Below, one piece after another: positions 13,846-25,744 of a DNA stretch of 64,000 bases. This DNA comes from Pecten maximus (taxonomy: Eukaryota): contig NC_047027.1 of the NCBI RefSeq assembly GCF_902652985.1, positions 36,208,001 through 36,272,000 on the forward strand, read 5' to 3'. Made by a program: the position numbers and the translations under genes. Under the pieces are notes generated by a model. It made no database searches, was not told the DNA's origin, and saw only the letters and a program-made list of their open reading frames with translations. Within the stretch, counting starts at the first letter, position 1. The number at the start of each line of letters is the position of its first letter.

Positions 13846-15057
13846 ATGCTAGGTATAGCCATTAAGTTATACAAGCCTTGGTACGTGTGTGTGTATGTGT
13901 GAGAAAGTTATGTAGTGTACATTGTATTGATGATGAAAAAACCGAATAAAAAGTAAATTATGAAAAAAATAACCATTATCATAATATTCAACTTCGCTAG
14001 CCAAGGGTACTCTCCTATACACCCTTGGCTAGCGAAGTTGCATAATATTATGCAATGACAAAAAGTATAAGAACTTACCAACAAATTGCTCAACCTGAAA
14101 AAAATGTAAATACAAGTTGTGTCATTTGTAAGGTGAAAATGGGACATAATTTTTAGTTGCTGGAAAATCACATCGCTATAATTAATTTTTCTTTATTTTC
14201 ATGGTAAATACTCAAATGCGATTGGTCGAAAAATTCTTTTCATTCTTCTATAATTAATTTTTCTTTGTTTTCATGGTAAATACTCAAATGTGATTGGTCA
14301 AAAACTCTTTCCATTCTTCTATATTTACACTTGCAAAGTTTTGTCACTATATAACAATACCAGACCGATTTGTTTACCATTCTTGCATGGAAACATTGAC
14401 CTTTGAACTTGCGTATGAAAATATGACAGGGTACGGGAACTACTTTCGCCAAGCACATGGCTTTGTTTACATTTACAATTTAAGTTACGGTTTGTTTACC
14501 ATTGTTAAATGTATAAAAATAACATGTTTGACAATATTAAATATGATAATCTATCAAAATATTTTCGTTATTTATGTTAATATCATAATAAAAAAACAGA
14601 ACTATTTTTTACCGCGAAAAAAAAGTCTCAATTTATGGTGAAGCGTCACCATTGGCTGTTCTAATAATTGACTCCTCCCACTGTGTCCGACTTTTATATG
14701 ATTTTTTTATTTACAAAGAAACAATATTGTAATCACAAAGACTTATAGAAACAACATCCGTAAGTGTAAATGGGGCGCTAGAGGAAAGCATGGTTAACAT
14801 TACAGTGAAATCCAATCCCTATATGAAAGAAATTCCGAGAATGGCGCGAAAAATGTGACGTCACAATACGACAATTGACGTTGCGTATTGATTTGAGAAA
14901 AAGAATCCCATTTAAAACCAGTAAAATTGTACATAAAACATGTTTTAAATTAGAAAATCATTTTCAAAAATTAATTATAAGCGTTGATGTCAATTATCTT
15001 TTAGTACGCAGATTCATACAGTTTGCAAACAAAATTTGTTTCATACCCCGATGAAAC

Positions 15058-15487
15058 TGTAAAAGTTCAAGGAGTAGTAGTGTACAGCCAGCCGGGATCG
15101 AACCCGCGACCCTCGGCTTACTGGTCCGCCGCTCTACCGACTGAGCTAAAGGGAAATTCCCCCTAGCCGGAAGCTAGAAGGCGACCATACAACTATTTAC
15201 AATTAAAACCCGGCCTGCTACACTACTCCCTCCTTCAAACGTGTTCGCCCCCGAACACACCAACCCAGGTTCTATCTCCAAGGAAGCCTCTTGCTTTCAC
15301 TTGGAGTGGTCTGCGGCACCAATGTAAAAGTTCAAGGAGTAGTAGTGTACAGCCAGCCGGGATCGAACCCGCGACCCTCGGCTTACTGGTCCGCCGCTCT
15401 ACCGACTGAGCTAAAGGGAAATTCCCCCTAGCCGGAAGCTAGAAGGCGACCATACAACTATTTACAATTAAAACCCGGCCTGCTACA
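15058..15487 (-). mobile_element. Non-autonomous LTR retrotransposon in miniature with tRNA-derived LTRs (Helenus-type)
   Basis: Identical 165-bp TG...CA LTRs (15058-15222, 15323-15487) and a 100-bp internal region. Minus-strand PBS TGGTGCCG (tRNA-His-like) and PPT GAAGGAGGGAGTAG. 4-bp TSD AAAC. Each LTR has A-box TAGCTCAGTCGG and B-box GGTTCGATCCC. Confidence 0.9.
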
Positions 15488-16959
15488 AAACTAAAAAAAA
15501 TGACATCAATGCTTAAGTACATGTAAAACACGTGCATGCATTCCAATATAGCCTCGCTTTTGTATTTATAATAGCTAATGGGACGTATTACGTAACCAAG
15601 ATGATCCTGTTTTGCCATCTGAGTTTGAACTTCAATTCCATGTACATTTGTAATTTGATTTCTTTACCTACCATGTTGACTTTTTGGTTCCTCCAATGTG
15701 TATTTAAGCATTGATGTCATTTTTTTAGTTGGATGGAGTACAACTAGGGTCACAGTGACAGGTACACACACACAATACACAACATAGAGACAAGCTTGAC
15801 TAGTCAGCTTACCCAGTCAACATACAAACAGGAACATCCCCCACTTCAAATAATTGCTTCAAATAATTGTTAGGGTATAGAGAATAGAATAGTTTACCAG
15901 TCACAGTCATAGATGTAGGTTTCATGTCAGTCATGTAGTCGTCAGTAAATTTAGACTATGAATTAGCTGTGTAGGTTATGATACCGTCGTCTATTACATA
16001 GGAGTATTGCCGTGTACTGTGAAGACGTATTTTATAGGAGTAGGGCCACGTAGCCGCTAGTTCACTAAACACTCCTGTCATGTTGTCATATAGTATGTGT
16101 GTTGGAGTGCGTGACAGAGTTGGATAATTTTTCCCCTATGTTTGTATTTTTTTTTTTTTTTTTACACAGTGTTATCTTAATAAAACTACATGAACTTATA
16201 TATCTGAAGTTTGTGTGTATATTTGCCAGTGAACCTGGGTATACTATTTAAAGGTGTCGGCTTGTGGTGGAAATCCGCTCCTTTTACACCAGTAACTCTC
16301 ACCCTGAAAATTTCCGCTTTTTCGCCTGTAGTCCTATGTTATTCTAATTTTAGTAGGAGTGTATACATAATTACATATTTTTAAATTTAATGACAAATTA
16401 CTCTTTATTCCGGTTTATAATGACAATTGTTTATTCTCGTAAACAGTATAGTGCAGAGAATATGAATACAAACACATTATTAATAATAATGCATGGTAAA
16501 ACAAATTATGACTTAATTATCTCCTTTATATCAATAATAAATTTAGCCAATGAAATAAGTAACATTTAAGTGCATATTATATATGTTAATTACTCAGCTA
16601 ACATCCCAAAAACTCATTTTCCTTAGGGACGCGGTTCCCAAAAAACGGAAGCTGATTAGCAGAATTGGTTGTGACAGTCCTAAACCTAGCTATCTGGTTG
16701 GATTTTTTCCTAATCTATTTTTGAAGTTGACAATATTTCTTTTTTTCTTTTTCAATGAGATGACTATATAAAAGTACATATTATAAACTGGTAAACCAAT
16801 CAGTAACTTATCATTTGTACAATTTTGAAATCAAATGTTTAAAGAAATCGTCAATTTAGAACAAGATATTATTCAAATAAAACACATACACGTGTACACG
16901 TATCCACAGCATTTGAAGGACACTGTGCATTGTTCAACACAAGGATATATGTCTTATGT

Positions 16960-18447
16960 CTATTTATATTTGAGTATTTTCGTTCTATCGTCCTCGTGTC
17001 TAACCCAGAGGTTACCGTCCTCGAGTAGACTGATATACCATGGTTCCCTTCCATCGGATGTATAAACAGTCCTCATACAGCGTCCAGTATTCCCGTCAAT
17101 CAGTAGTACCGACTTGGTTACAAAGTCCGTTACGAGGATATCACCAGCTCCATCAAAACAAACATCGCCAGGGTAAAACTTTGATGACTGACTGGAACTT
17201 CTGTTTGATGTGGTTGTACCAATGGCTTTACAGAGAAACTTCAGGTTTAGGTGTTTATCCATCACGATGACGTGAGGCTGTTTGTCTGGTGTCTTACCAG
17301 CGATGTAGTTATCATAACCTACACCGTCAGTATCAACAGCAGCTACATCCCCGGTCAGAGAACTAGACGTCATGTGATGAGGAACTACTGCCACCTGTCG
17401 ACAAGGACGGCCCGCTCCAGCTGACACTACCCGGCCGTCTGTAGTGTACAGTTGTATTCCTCCCTTCATCCCCACCACCACCATGTCATCACTAGTGATA
17501 CACAGAGAACGTAGTGTATTGTTAACGTTAAAGCGTGTAACAACGTCACCGCCCGTCGTGATTTCCCGGATACTTCGGTCATCACGAACACAGAACCACA
17601 CCCTACCCGTGGTCGGGGATACGGAGATCGAACTGACTTTGACCTTACACTCGATCGTCTCCTTAACACTGCCTTTTATGTCAACCCGATACACGCTTTC
17701 AGCGTCCCAGTACGATAACCATGCCTCGTCACCAGTAAGACATGTACGACATACATCGTAAAGAAACGACGTCGTAAACTCGGACAACACCACAGGTGTC
17801 GGAATCGGTTTGTACGACTGATCTTCTCCGTCGACGAGTACCTTACCAAGCATGCGTTCCAGAAGTTCGGTGGAGATGGTCCCGGGTTTGAACTCCAAAG
17901 TCTGCAAACGTCGAGGAAAGGGAGGGTCAATTGAGGTATTCCTGATTTCCCGCGCTAATGTAGTGACGGCAACGGTTGTACCGGATGTCAGTACCTGCTG
18001 GCATCTGTCCAGTTTTGGTTCCAGGTCCTCCCTCAGATGTTTGGTTAGTGCAGATCTGTTTTTCTCGGAAACACTTCTATTCAGTTTCTCTAGCTCGGTA
18101 CACATCTTCACTAACAACTCAATGGCATTATCGATGGTGTCTTTCATCTGTTTCCCCTGATGTTTAATGTCACTGATAACTTTCTGATATCCTCCACCGT
18201 TTGTTTCACTTTTACGAATATCCTCCTTGATTTTAGGAATGTCGGATTTGGAAAGCTTGTCAACATACTGCTGTATTTCCCGTTTCTGGTCCGCCACGTA
18301 ATCAGTCAGTTTACCCATCTTGTGACCGAAGTGACTGTCTGTAACACAGTCCATACAAATTAACTCGTCCTCACACGATAAACACACATAAACAAACCCC
18401 ATCCCTTTATGGCGGGGACACCCAGGAACTGGTGTCTGGGCCGCCAT
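16960..18447 (-). CDS. Intronless RING-less TRIM-like protein: B-box type 2, coiled coil, NHL-like six-bladed beta-propeller (copy 1, 495 aa)
   Basis: B-box CPRH-x8-CLSC-x5-CMDC-x4-HFGH. Helical heptad-rich region at ~aa 50-170. C-terminal blades such as SISVSPTTGRVWFC and YPGDVCFDGAGDILVTD. Confidence 0.88.
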   Translation of the reverse strand: MAAQTPVPGCPRHKGMGFVYVCLSCEDELICMDCVTDSHFGHKMGKLTDYVADQKREIQQYVDKLSKSDIPKIKEDIRKSETNGGGYQKVISDIKHQGKQMKDTIDNAIELLVKMCTELEKLNRSVSEKNRSALTKHLREDLEPKLDRCQQVLTSGTTVAVTTLAREIRNTSIDPPFPRRLQTLEFKPGTISTELLERMLGKVLVDGEDQSYKPIPTPVVLSEFTTSFLYDVCRTCLTGDEAWLSYWDAESVYRVDIKGSVKETIECKVKVSSISVSPTTGRVWFCVRDDRSIREITTGGDVVTRFNVNNTLRSLCITSDDMVVVGMKGGIQLYTTDGRVVSAGAGRPCRQVAVVPHHMTSSSLTGDVAAVDTDGVGYDNYIAGKTPDKQPHVIVMDKHLNLKFLCKAIGTTTSNRSSSQSSKFYPGDVCFDGAGDILVTDFVTKSVLLIDGNTGRCMRTVYTSDGREPWYISLLEDGNLWVRHEDDRTKILKYK

Positions 18448-18894
18448 GTCGACAAGGTTAGCTGCTGTCTGTCAATATGGCGGCGATACTTCTCGGGACT
18501 TGAGATAGTCTTCCGGGTAAAGGACAGTATATGTTCTATTTTTAGTTACAGGTGTGTATTATATAAATGGTGTATCAATGTAACTGGATCAAATAGATTT
18601 AAATAAACAGAAACTGGTGTCGGTGTCGTAATGTCGTCTTGGGAATTAGTCGTTTTAAGTCACTATATATCCCCCATCTTTTATTTGTCAACATATTTGT
18701 ATCGACTATTTGTATTTTTTTTCTGAAGGTCGTTTTCCGGGACGGCACGTTCTATTTTAAGGTACAGGTTTGAAATTTAAATTCTCGTTATCTTGTAGCT
18801 CCAGAATTTAACGAATTCAAAACCACTCCATTGTTTGAAACAATTTACCCAGTGGTGTAGCTGGCGTCAAGGGGATTGTACAAGCAGATTAAGT

Positions 18895-19115
18895 AAGAAT
18901 CATCTTAATATTAAACGTGATTTTAACATTTGACATAAAGTAATAATCACTTTAAACATTAAACGTGATTTTAACATTTGACATAAAGTAATAATCACTT
19001 TAAACATTAAACGTGATTTTAACATTTAATATAAAGATTCACCTTTACAATAAACGTGATTTTAACATTTGACATAAAGTAAGAATCACCTTTACATTAA
19101 ACGTGATTTTAACAA
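18895..19115. repeat. ~48-bp tandem repeat, 4-5 copies
   Basis: Unit ATTAAACGTGATTTTAACATTTGACATAAAGTAATAATCACTTTAAAC. Only about one unit survives in duplication units 2 and 3. Confidence 0.85.
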
Positions 19116-20015
19116 CAGATGCAGTATATGGCGAATCATGTGTGTATATAATCCTACTAGAGCCACTTTGTCCTAGGTCTCGTCAGCGTTGTTAGGGGTC
19201 AAAAGTGAGGATATGTTCTAGAGAAAGGGAGTCGTGAAAATAAATCGGCATAAACAAAAGTCATCATATAGCAGATGAGGTTTATTAAACACATCAATTG
19301 TGTAATCATGATATATTGTAGTCTTAAATTTAAATGTACATGTGTGTATAATAGAGAGTGAAATGGGAATCTCCATTGCAGGACACAATATATTAGCACC
19401 TTTCAAAAACAAGTATAGAGCTGAAGCAGTGTTAAATTAACCCTAGCCATATCAAACCATCTGGTCCATAAGAAAACGTTGAAATTATATGTGTTTTGTT
19501 TTCAGGACAAAATATAGAGTGATGATGTGGAGATGTACCATGTTTTGATGTAATCAGTTATGTTTCTGTTCATTGTTTTTCATGCTCGTCTGGACATTCC
19601 TTCCTGTATGTATCCAGTCCGGAAATATTTATGGTTGAAATTTTTTTATTCAAGCTCGCTCATGTAATTATTCAAATTGCCATTACCAGTAACGTTGCAA
19701 TCACATTAAGAGGAATTTCTGTTTCAGTGGAAAATAAAACAAAGAACGAAATGTAATTCATTATTAAAGGTAGATTTTAGAGGACACCGAGTATGAAGCA
19801 TTACCGGTGTAAACAGACATTCGGAACACATCACTCACACTTTGTAATCAAACAGCACGTGACCTCAATGAACTGACGATGCAGCGCTCAGTACTACAGA
19901 CTCGTGCCTCGTCACGATCAGACTGCCACGACAGACTTTGTCACGATTTGTGACGTACCGATGGCACTATACAGTCGAGATAACCACTTCCGGTGTGCTG
20001 AGTTATCAATAATTA

Positions 20016-20297
20016 ACAGGCACCGGCTTCTGGTAGTATTTATAGAAAACACAAACATATACACACACATATATATATTGTAGAAATAATAAAAAAACAC
20101 AAACCAGAAAACCACAAGCGCTTTCACATGCTTTGAGAGCAAGTTCTTTGAACAGGTGTAATGAAAGAGTATATTTGTGACGTCATCACTGTGTGAAAGC
20201 GCTTGTGATTTTCTGGTTTGTGTTTTTTATTATTTCTACAATATATATATGTGTGTGTATGTGTTTTCTATAAATACTACCAGAAGCCGGTGCCTGT
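20016..20297. mobile_element. Foldback MITE with ~110-bp inverted arms
   Basis: ACAGGCACCGGCTTCTGGTAGTATTTATAGAAAAC...CACAAGCGCTTTCACA is the inverse of TGTGAAAGCGCTTGTG...CCAGAAGCCGGTGCCTGT. Confidence 0.8.
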
Positions 20298-20797
20298 AGT
20301 CTTTTGAACGTACGACAGTGACTGGGTGATACGGAAATGGAGTTGCCTCCCTTCTATCGATGGAACTGTTGTGCTCATCACAGGGACGTGAACTTCGGTG
20401 CCGTGAATCGCATACATATCTGACGACTAACAAAGTTATTTATTGTTTGTCACAATCGTCAATTTGGGTGGATTTTATGATTAGAACGAATTGCAATAAT
20501 TCAAACGTATTTCAAATGCAAAAGAGAACTCTTTCATCCGACCATATCGTCTTTTCAATGTTATTCTCTGTGTATCTGTGAAGTAACATGTTCTTCGAAG
20601 ATGATGCATTTTTTTTTTTTTTTTTTTGTTTTTTGTTTTCTGGTTTTTGTTTTTGTTTTTTTTGTTTCAACAACGTTCCGTAATTTTAGGAACTCCCTCA
20701 ACTTTAAATCTTCCTCAGATTATTTTGATTTAGAAAACAATCTTAGGTATAGGGACATTTCCTTAACTTCTCTAATGCTTTCCTAGAGAAAACTTAA

Positions 20798-21155
20798 AGG
20801 GACATTCCTTCGTTTGAATTAAGTGAATGTCACCAAAATTAAACTTAATGGGAAATGTGTATTTTTCCCATTAAGTTGTATAAATCATCATATTTACATT
20901 GATACGACAGTTTTACTCTCAAGGGAAACCAGGGTGCTTCAAGTTTTAAATTCTAAAAAATCTCAATTCGACCTGAAGTAACACTATTTACCACAAAAAC
21001 GGGCTGTATGAGTGTAAGAAAAGTAATTTTTCTGTACAATTTGGCGTTATTTTCATAACTGGTAGGCACTAAAGCTCATAAAGTCCTCATTCAGGCATAG
21101 ATTTTATTAATTGAAACTTTGCACGTTTGTAATGTCCGAACGAAGCAATGTTCCT
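20798..21155. mobile_element. TTAA-flanked MITE (Kolobok-like); also in units 2 and 3, with a diverged copy at 50817-51151
   Basis: TTAA|AGGGACATTCCTTCGTTTGA ... TCCGAACGAAGCAATGTTCCT|TTAA. Confidence 0.75.
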
Positions 21156-21498
21156 TTAACGTTAAGGGGTTCCTAAGTTGATGACGTTGATGAAATGGGT
21201 GTGTCGATTTCTTAGTTTAGTGAACGTACATAGAATATCGATTTACAGACGTTATGATAAAAACATCAATCGCAATGCATTGCACGTTTTGAAATAACTG
21301 AATACAAATGTCGCTGAAATCGAATTCTTTCCATCCTGGTATCTGGTACGGACATGACACAAGGTTACCCTTTTCATAAATCAGTTCCTCCAGAAATGTA
21401 TTAATAGCCTATGCGGTCACGTGCTTACTGTTTAAAATTATGAAAGGAAGGGAAAGAAGAAAGAAGGAATTAAGTGATACAAAAATCAAGGTCATTAA

Positions 21499-21725
21499 AG
21501 GGACTAAATGGCTAGATTTCCACTTAAATAATATATAAAAAAGGGTATACGATTTGAAATAATGTAAAAAGTTATGCACTTTATGTTAATTATACATTTC
21601 AAAAGTGTCCATAACAATAACATAAAAGTGTCATAATTTTATAAACAATCTAATTTCAAGCATCACAAAGCTTTCCGGAAATCAAATGCATGTAGAAATT
21701 ATTGAAATCTAACCATTTAGTCCCT
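21499..21725. mobile_element. Second TTAA-flanked MITE (Kolobok-like); also in units 2 and 3
   Basis: TTAA|AGGGACTAAATGGCTAGATTTC ... GAAATCTAACCATTTAGTCCCT|TTAA. Confidence 0.75.
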
Positions 21726-23818
21726 TTAAGCATTGATGTTTAGTATATACGTATTAAGTATAATATTGTATGCAATGATGGCGTGTTCAACCTCTTGTCA
21801 CTATTTTAGCAAATATATATGTTTAAATTAAATTGTCTGCTCAGATAAACTATTACCCGAGGAATAACATTGGAGATATGTGTTCACTGTGTCAAAAGGT
21901 AGCAACACGGCAACTTCCGACAAGCCTCTCTTATAGACATCCTAACTCTTAAATTTAAAGGTTAAAGGGGACTTCGTCTAAGGGGACATTACTCTCGGCT
22001 CAGAACTGGAATTTTTTTCGACAGTGTTCCTTTGTCATATCTGTGGACACCGTCTTTTCCTCGTCTATTTGATTCCAAGCTTTGACAGATTTGGCCGAGA
22101 TAGTGCGGTAGCACTCCTTCAGATATATTGTTCGGCTTACTTATCGGCATAGCCGTATAATATTCTTTTGGCCCCGGATATGACGCGGCAGGTGGCGTTA
22201 CTGGGCAAGATGAAGTATGTGATTGGTCAACGTAGTGGTAAATGCAAAATGCAGATATGCAGTTAAAAACGGAACAAAGTTAAGATTAAATGCAAGCTGA
22301 ATAAGTGGATGCATCTTTTCAAATGACACATTAATACATGTAAATTATATTCCTGATTCAAATGCAGTCTTATTATCACCAAAAATGATTCAAACTGATA
22401 TAATTTTGTTATCCGTGCTGAAACGCATTATAGTTCGTTAATCTATTTCACCAGTAGTTTTGTATTGTAATCACCAGGATTAAAACTATGCCGTTTATCT
22501 TTTTTAAAGATATTTCATGTTTAAAATGTTTCATCAACTTGTTTTACCCTTAAACCCAGTGGTTGAATTAATTTTTGTTATGTTTTCAGGACGAAGTTTA
22601 CGAGTAGAAAAAGGGGTAATTAATTCATGAGGGGTGTCAAAGGTCAATGTTTCAGTGTCAGAGGTCAGAAGTACTGTATTTAGGTCAAAATTCACGGTAA
22701 GAATGTAACATAAACGAACACAAAGATATTTCAAAATAATCCATTTTATTTACATCGATTTAGTTCAACACCAACACATTTACATTTGAATGAAAACAAA
22801 TTGTCACATAGTCACGTGACAATGAGGATCGATTGAGCGTAACACAATTTTTGAGCTATTTTCACTTTATAAATAAATGTAACCATGACCCACAGAATAA
22901 TTACAAATTAAAAACAAAAATAATAAGCAACAACTTGTTCTAACATCTAACTCTCTGAAAACAGAAATTGATGAATTCACCGAACATCAGTTTCGTTGCC
23001 TGAAAGCATTCCTACATAGCGCTGCTATATTGACCGAGATATTTTACCGGACGAAAACTTTGTCATCTTGGACAGACGGATCATATGGCCAGATTTGATT
23101 AATTTTTGTGTACAAGTTGATAGGATAGGGGTGCTGTAGACTAAAAAAAAAAGATAAGTAAATATAAGCAAACATTCGCAGCGAGGTTTTGTGGAATGAA
23201 ATGTTCACTCATCCCCACAAGAATGTGGAGCGAGTATGGACACACGCACGCACAGACACACGAGAATATGAAGATCAGGCTTAATTTGCTTGTATTTAGT
23301 TTCTTTATCACATCCTGTGCCTTGATTTGATCTCTCCTTATCCTTCATTATCCGCTCCTCTTTTTCCACGAACTTAACACATTGTCAACATGTAATAATT
23401 TTGTGTGAGAGAGAGAGGGAGAGAGTCAGAGTCTGTTTGTTGCATTATCTTCCACGGATACATCTTTATTTCCATATAGTAAGACACACGGTTGAAATCG
23501 GGTTTTATAGCTCACGAATTGTTTAACTATGTACCGACGTAAACAATTTGATTTGATTCGAAATCACGTATCCACCATATTTACCTGATCTGTTACTGAT
23601 AGTACAAACAAACATACCATATAAATACCACATACGTTCCCTGGATACAAATTAATAGTGATCAACTTTGATTTAATGAATCCTGACTCTGTCAAAATCC
23701 CATGGGAAGGGGTCAATTTATTATAATTATTTATTACTTCATCCGTAATTAAGATATTTCAAATAATCCGTACTGCTTCAATGTTACATGTCTCAACCAT
23801 TAGTAAAGTACAGCTGTA

Positions 23819-23849
<31 letters not shown>

Positions 23850-25744
23850 TTATTTGAATTTCAAAACGAAAAATACACAGATTAGCAGAACATTATTTTA
23901 TCCGGAGATCATGATAGGTTTTGTAATAAAGTAGAAATAATTATTCTAGTCAAATAGATGTATGTAGAGGCGGAGCTTACCGATAGTAAATACTGTAATT
24001 GATATTTTCATTACACCCTGTAATCATTATTGTTGTTTTGCTAGGTACAGATTATCATTATCGAAATGGTACATTGCTTTTTGCCTGAAAGTATCGGTTT
24101 CTAGAAAAAGCAAAGAAATAGGCCTATCGTATGCCTTGAAACGAAATATTGGAGTTTACTTAGGCCTGGCCTATTGGTCGTCAGGTTGCTAAACAGGTGA
24201 TCGGGCAGTATCCGATATTTTGTGTAAAGTAAGTGTACATACACATTTAGATGTTTTTGTCTTCAAGTATAATATACTTTGGTTACTGATTTGGCTATAT
24301 TAAATCATAAATGAGTAGACCGCATTTTTAACTATTCCTGTTTATGATCATGGCTTTTTTGTAATGCTCTTTTCTGACAATACAAAACACTATCATACAT
24401 TTGATATATACGTATGTACACATTTTTTTAAATTTAACAATTTGAAACGCCATTCACTGGAATATTCAATAGAATACATGCTAAAATTAAGATGTGGTTG
24501 GCACGCTAAAATGCTAGAGCTACAGTTTTTAGTTTCATCGGGGTACACAATACACAACATATATAGAGACAAGCTTGACTAGTCAGCTTACCCAGTCAAC
24601 ATACAAACAGGAACATCCCCCACTTCAAATAATTGTTAGGGTATAGAGAATAAAATAGTTTACCAGTCACAGTCATAGATGTAGGTTTCATGTCAGTCAT
24701 GTAGTCGTCAGTAAATTTAGACTATGAATTAGCTGTGTAGGTTATGATACCGTCGTCTATTACATAGGAGTATTGCCGTGTACTGTGAAGACGTATTTTA
24801 TAGGAGTAGGGCCACGTAGCCGATAGTTCACTAAACACTCCTGTCATGTTGTCATATAGTATGTGTGTTGGAGTGCGTGACAGAGTTGGATAATTTTTCC
24901 CCTATGTTTGTATTTAAATTTTTTTTACATAGTGTTGTCTTAATAAAACTACATGAACTTATATATCTGAAGTTTGTGTATATATTTGCCAGTGAACCTG
25001 GGTATAATATTTAAAGGTGTCGGCTTGGGGTGGAAATCCGCTCCTTTTACACCAGTAACTCTCACCCTGAAAATTTCCGCTTTTTCGCCTGTAGTCCTAT
25101 GTTATTCTAATTTTAGTGGGAGTGTATACATAATTACATATTTTTAAATTTAAAGACAAATTACTCTTTATTCCGGTATATAATGGCAATTGTTTATTCT
25201 CGTAAACAGTACAGTGCAGAGAATATGAATACAAACACATTATTAATAATAATGCATGGTTAAACAAATTATGACTTAATTATCTCATTTATATCAATAA
25301 TAGATTTAGCCAATGAAATCAGTAACATTTAAGTGCATATTATATATGTTAATTACTCAGCTAACATCCCAAAAACCCATTTTCCTTAGGGACGCGGTTC
25401 CCAAAAAACGGAAGCTGATTAGCAGAATTGGTTGTGACAGTCCTAAAACTAGCTATCTAGTTAGATTTTTTCCTAATCTATTTTTGAAGTTGACAATATT
25501 TCTTTTTTTCTTTTTCAATGAGATGACTATATATTAACAATTCAATATATTGTTAAAAGTACATATTATAAACTGGTAAACCAATCAGTAACTTATCATT
25601 TGTACAATTTTGAAATCAAATGTTTAAAGAAATCGTCAATTTAGAACAAGATATTATTCAAATAAAACACATACACGTGTACACGTATCCACAGCATTTG
25701 AAGGACACTGTGCATTGTTCAACACAGGGATATCTGTCTTATGT

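Noticed and set aside
13990-14039. Strong short hairpins (also ~9608-9690 and ~43785-43890) as miRNA precursors
   Set aside because: Indistinguishable from small MITE remnants, which are abundant here; no expression evidence.
15083-15420. Two tRNA-Thr(AGT) genes on the minus strand
   Set aside because: The acceptor stem does not pair, the T stem has a mismatch, and both lie inside LTRs. They are tRNA-derived promoter cassettes.
15868-16288. Solo-LTR-like segment (TG...CA, AATAAA) in each duplication unit
   Set aside because: No TSD, PBS or PPT found, and terminal inverted repeats are weak.
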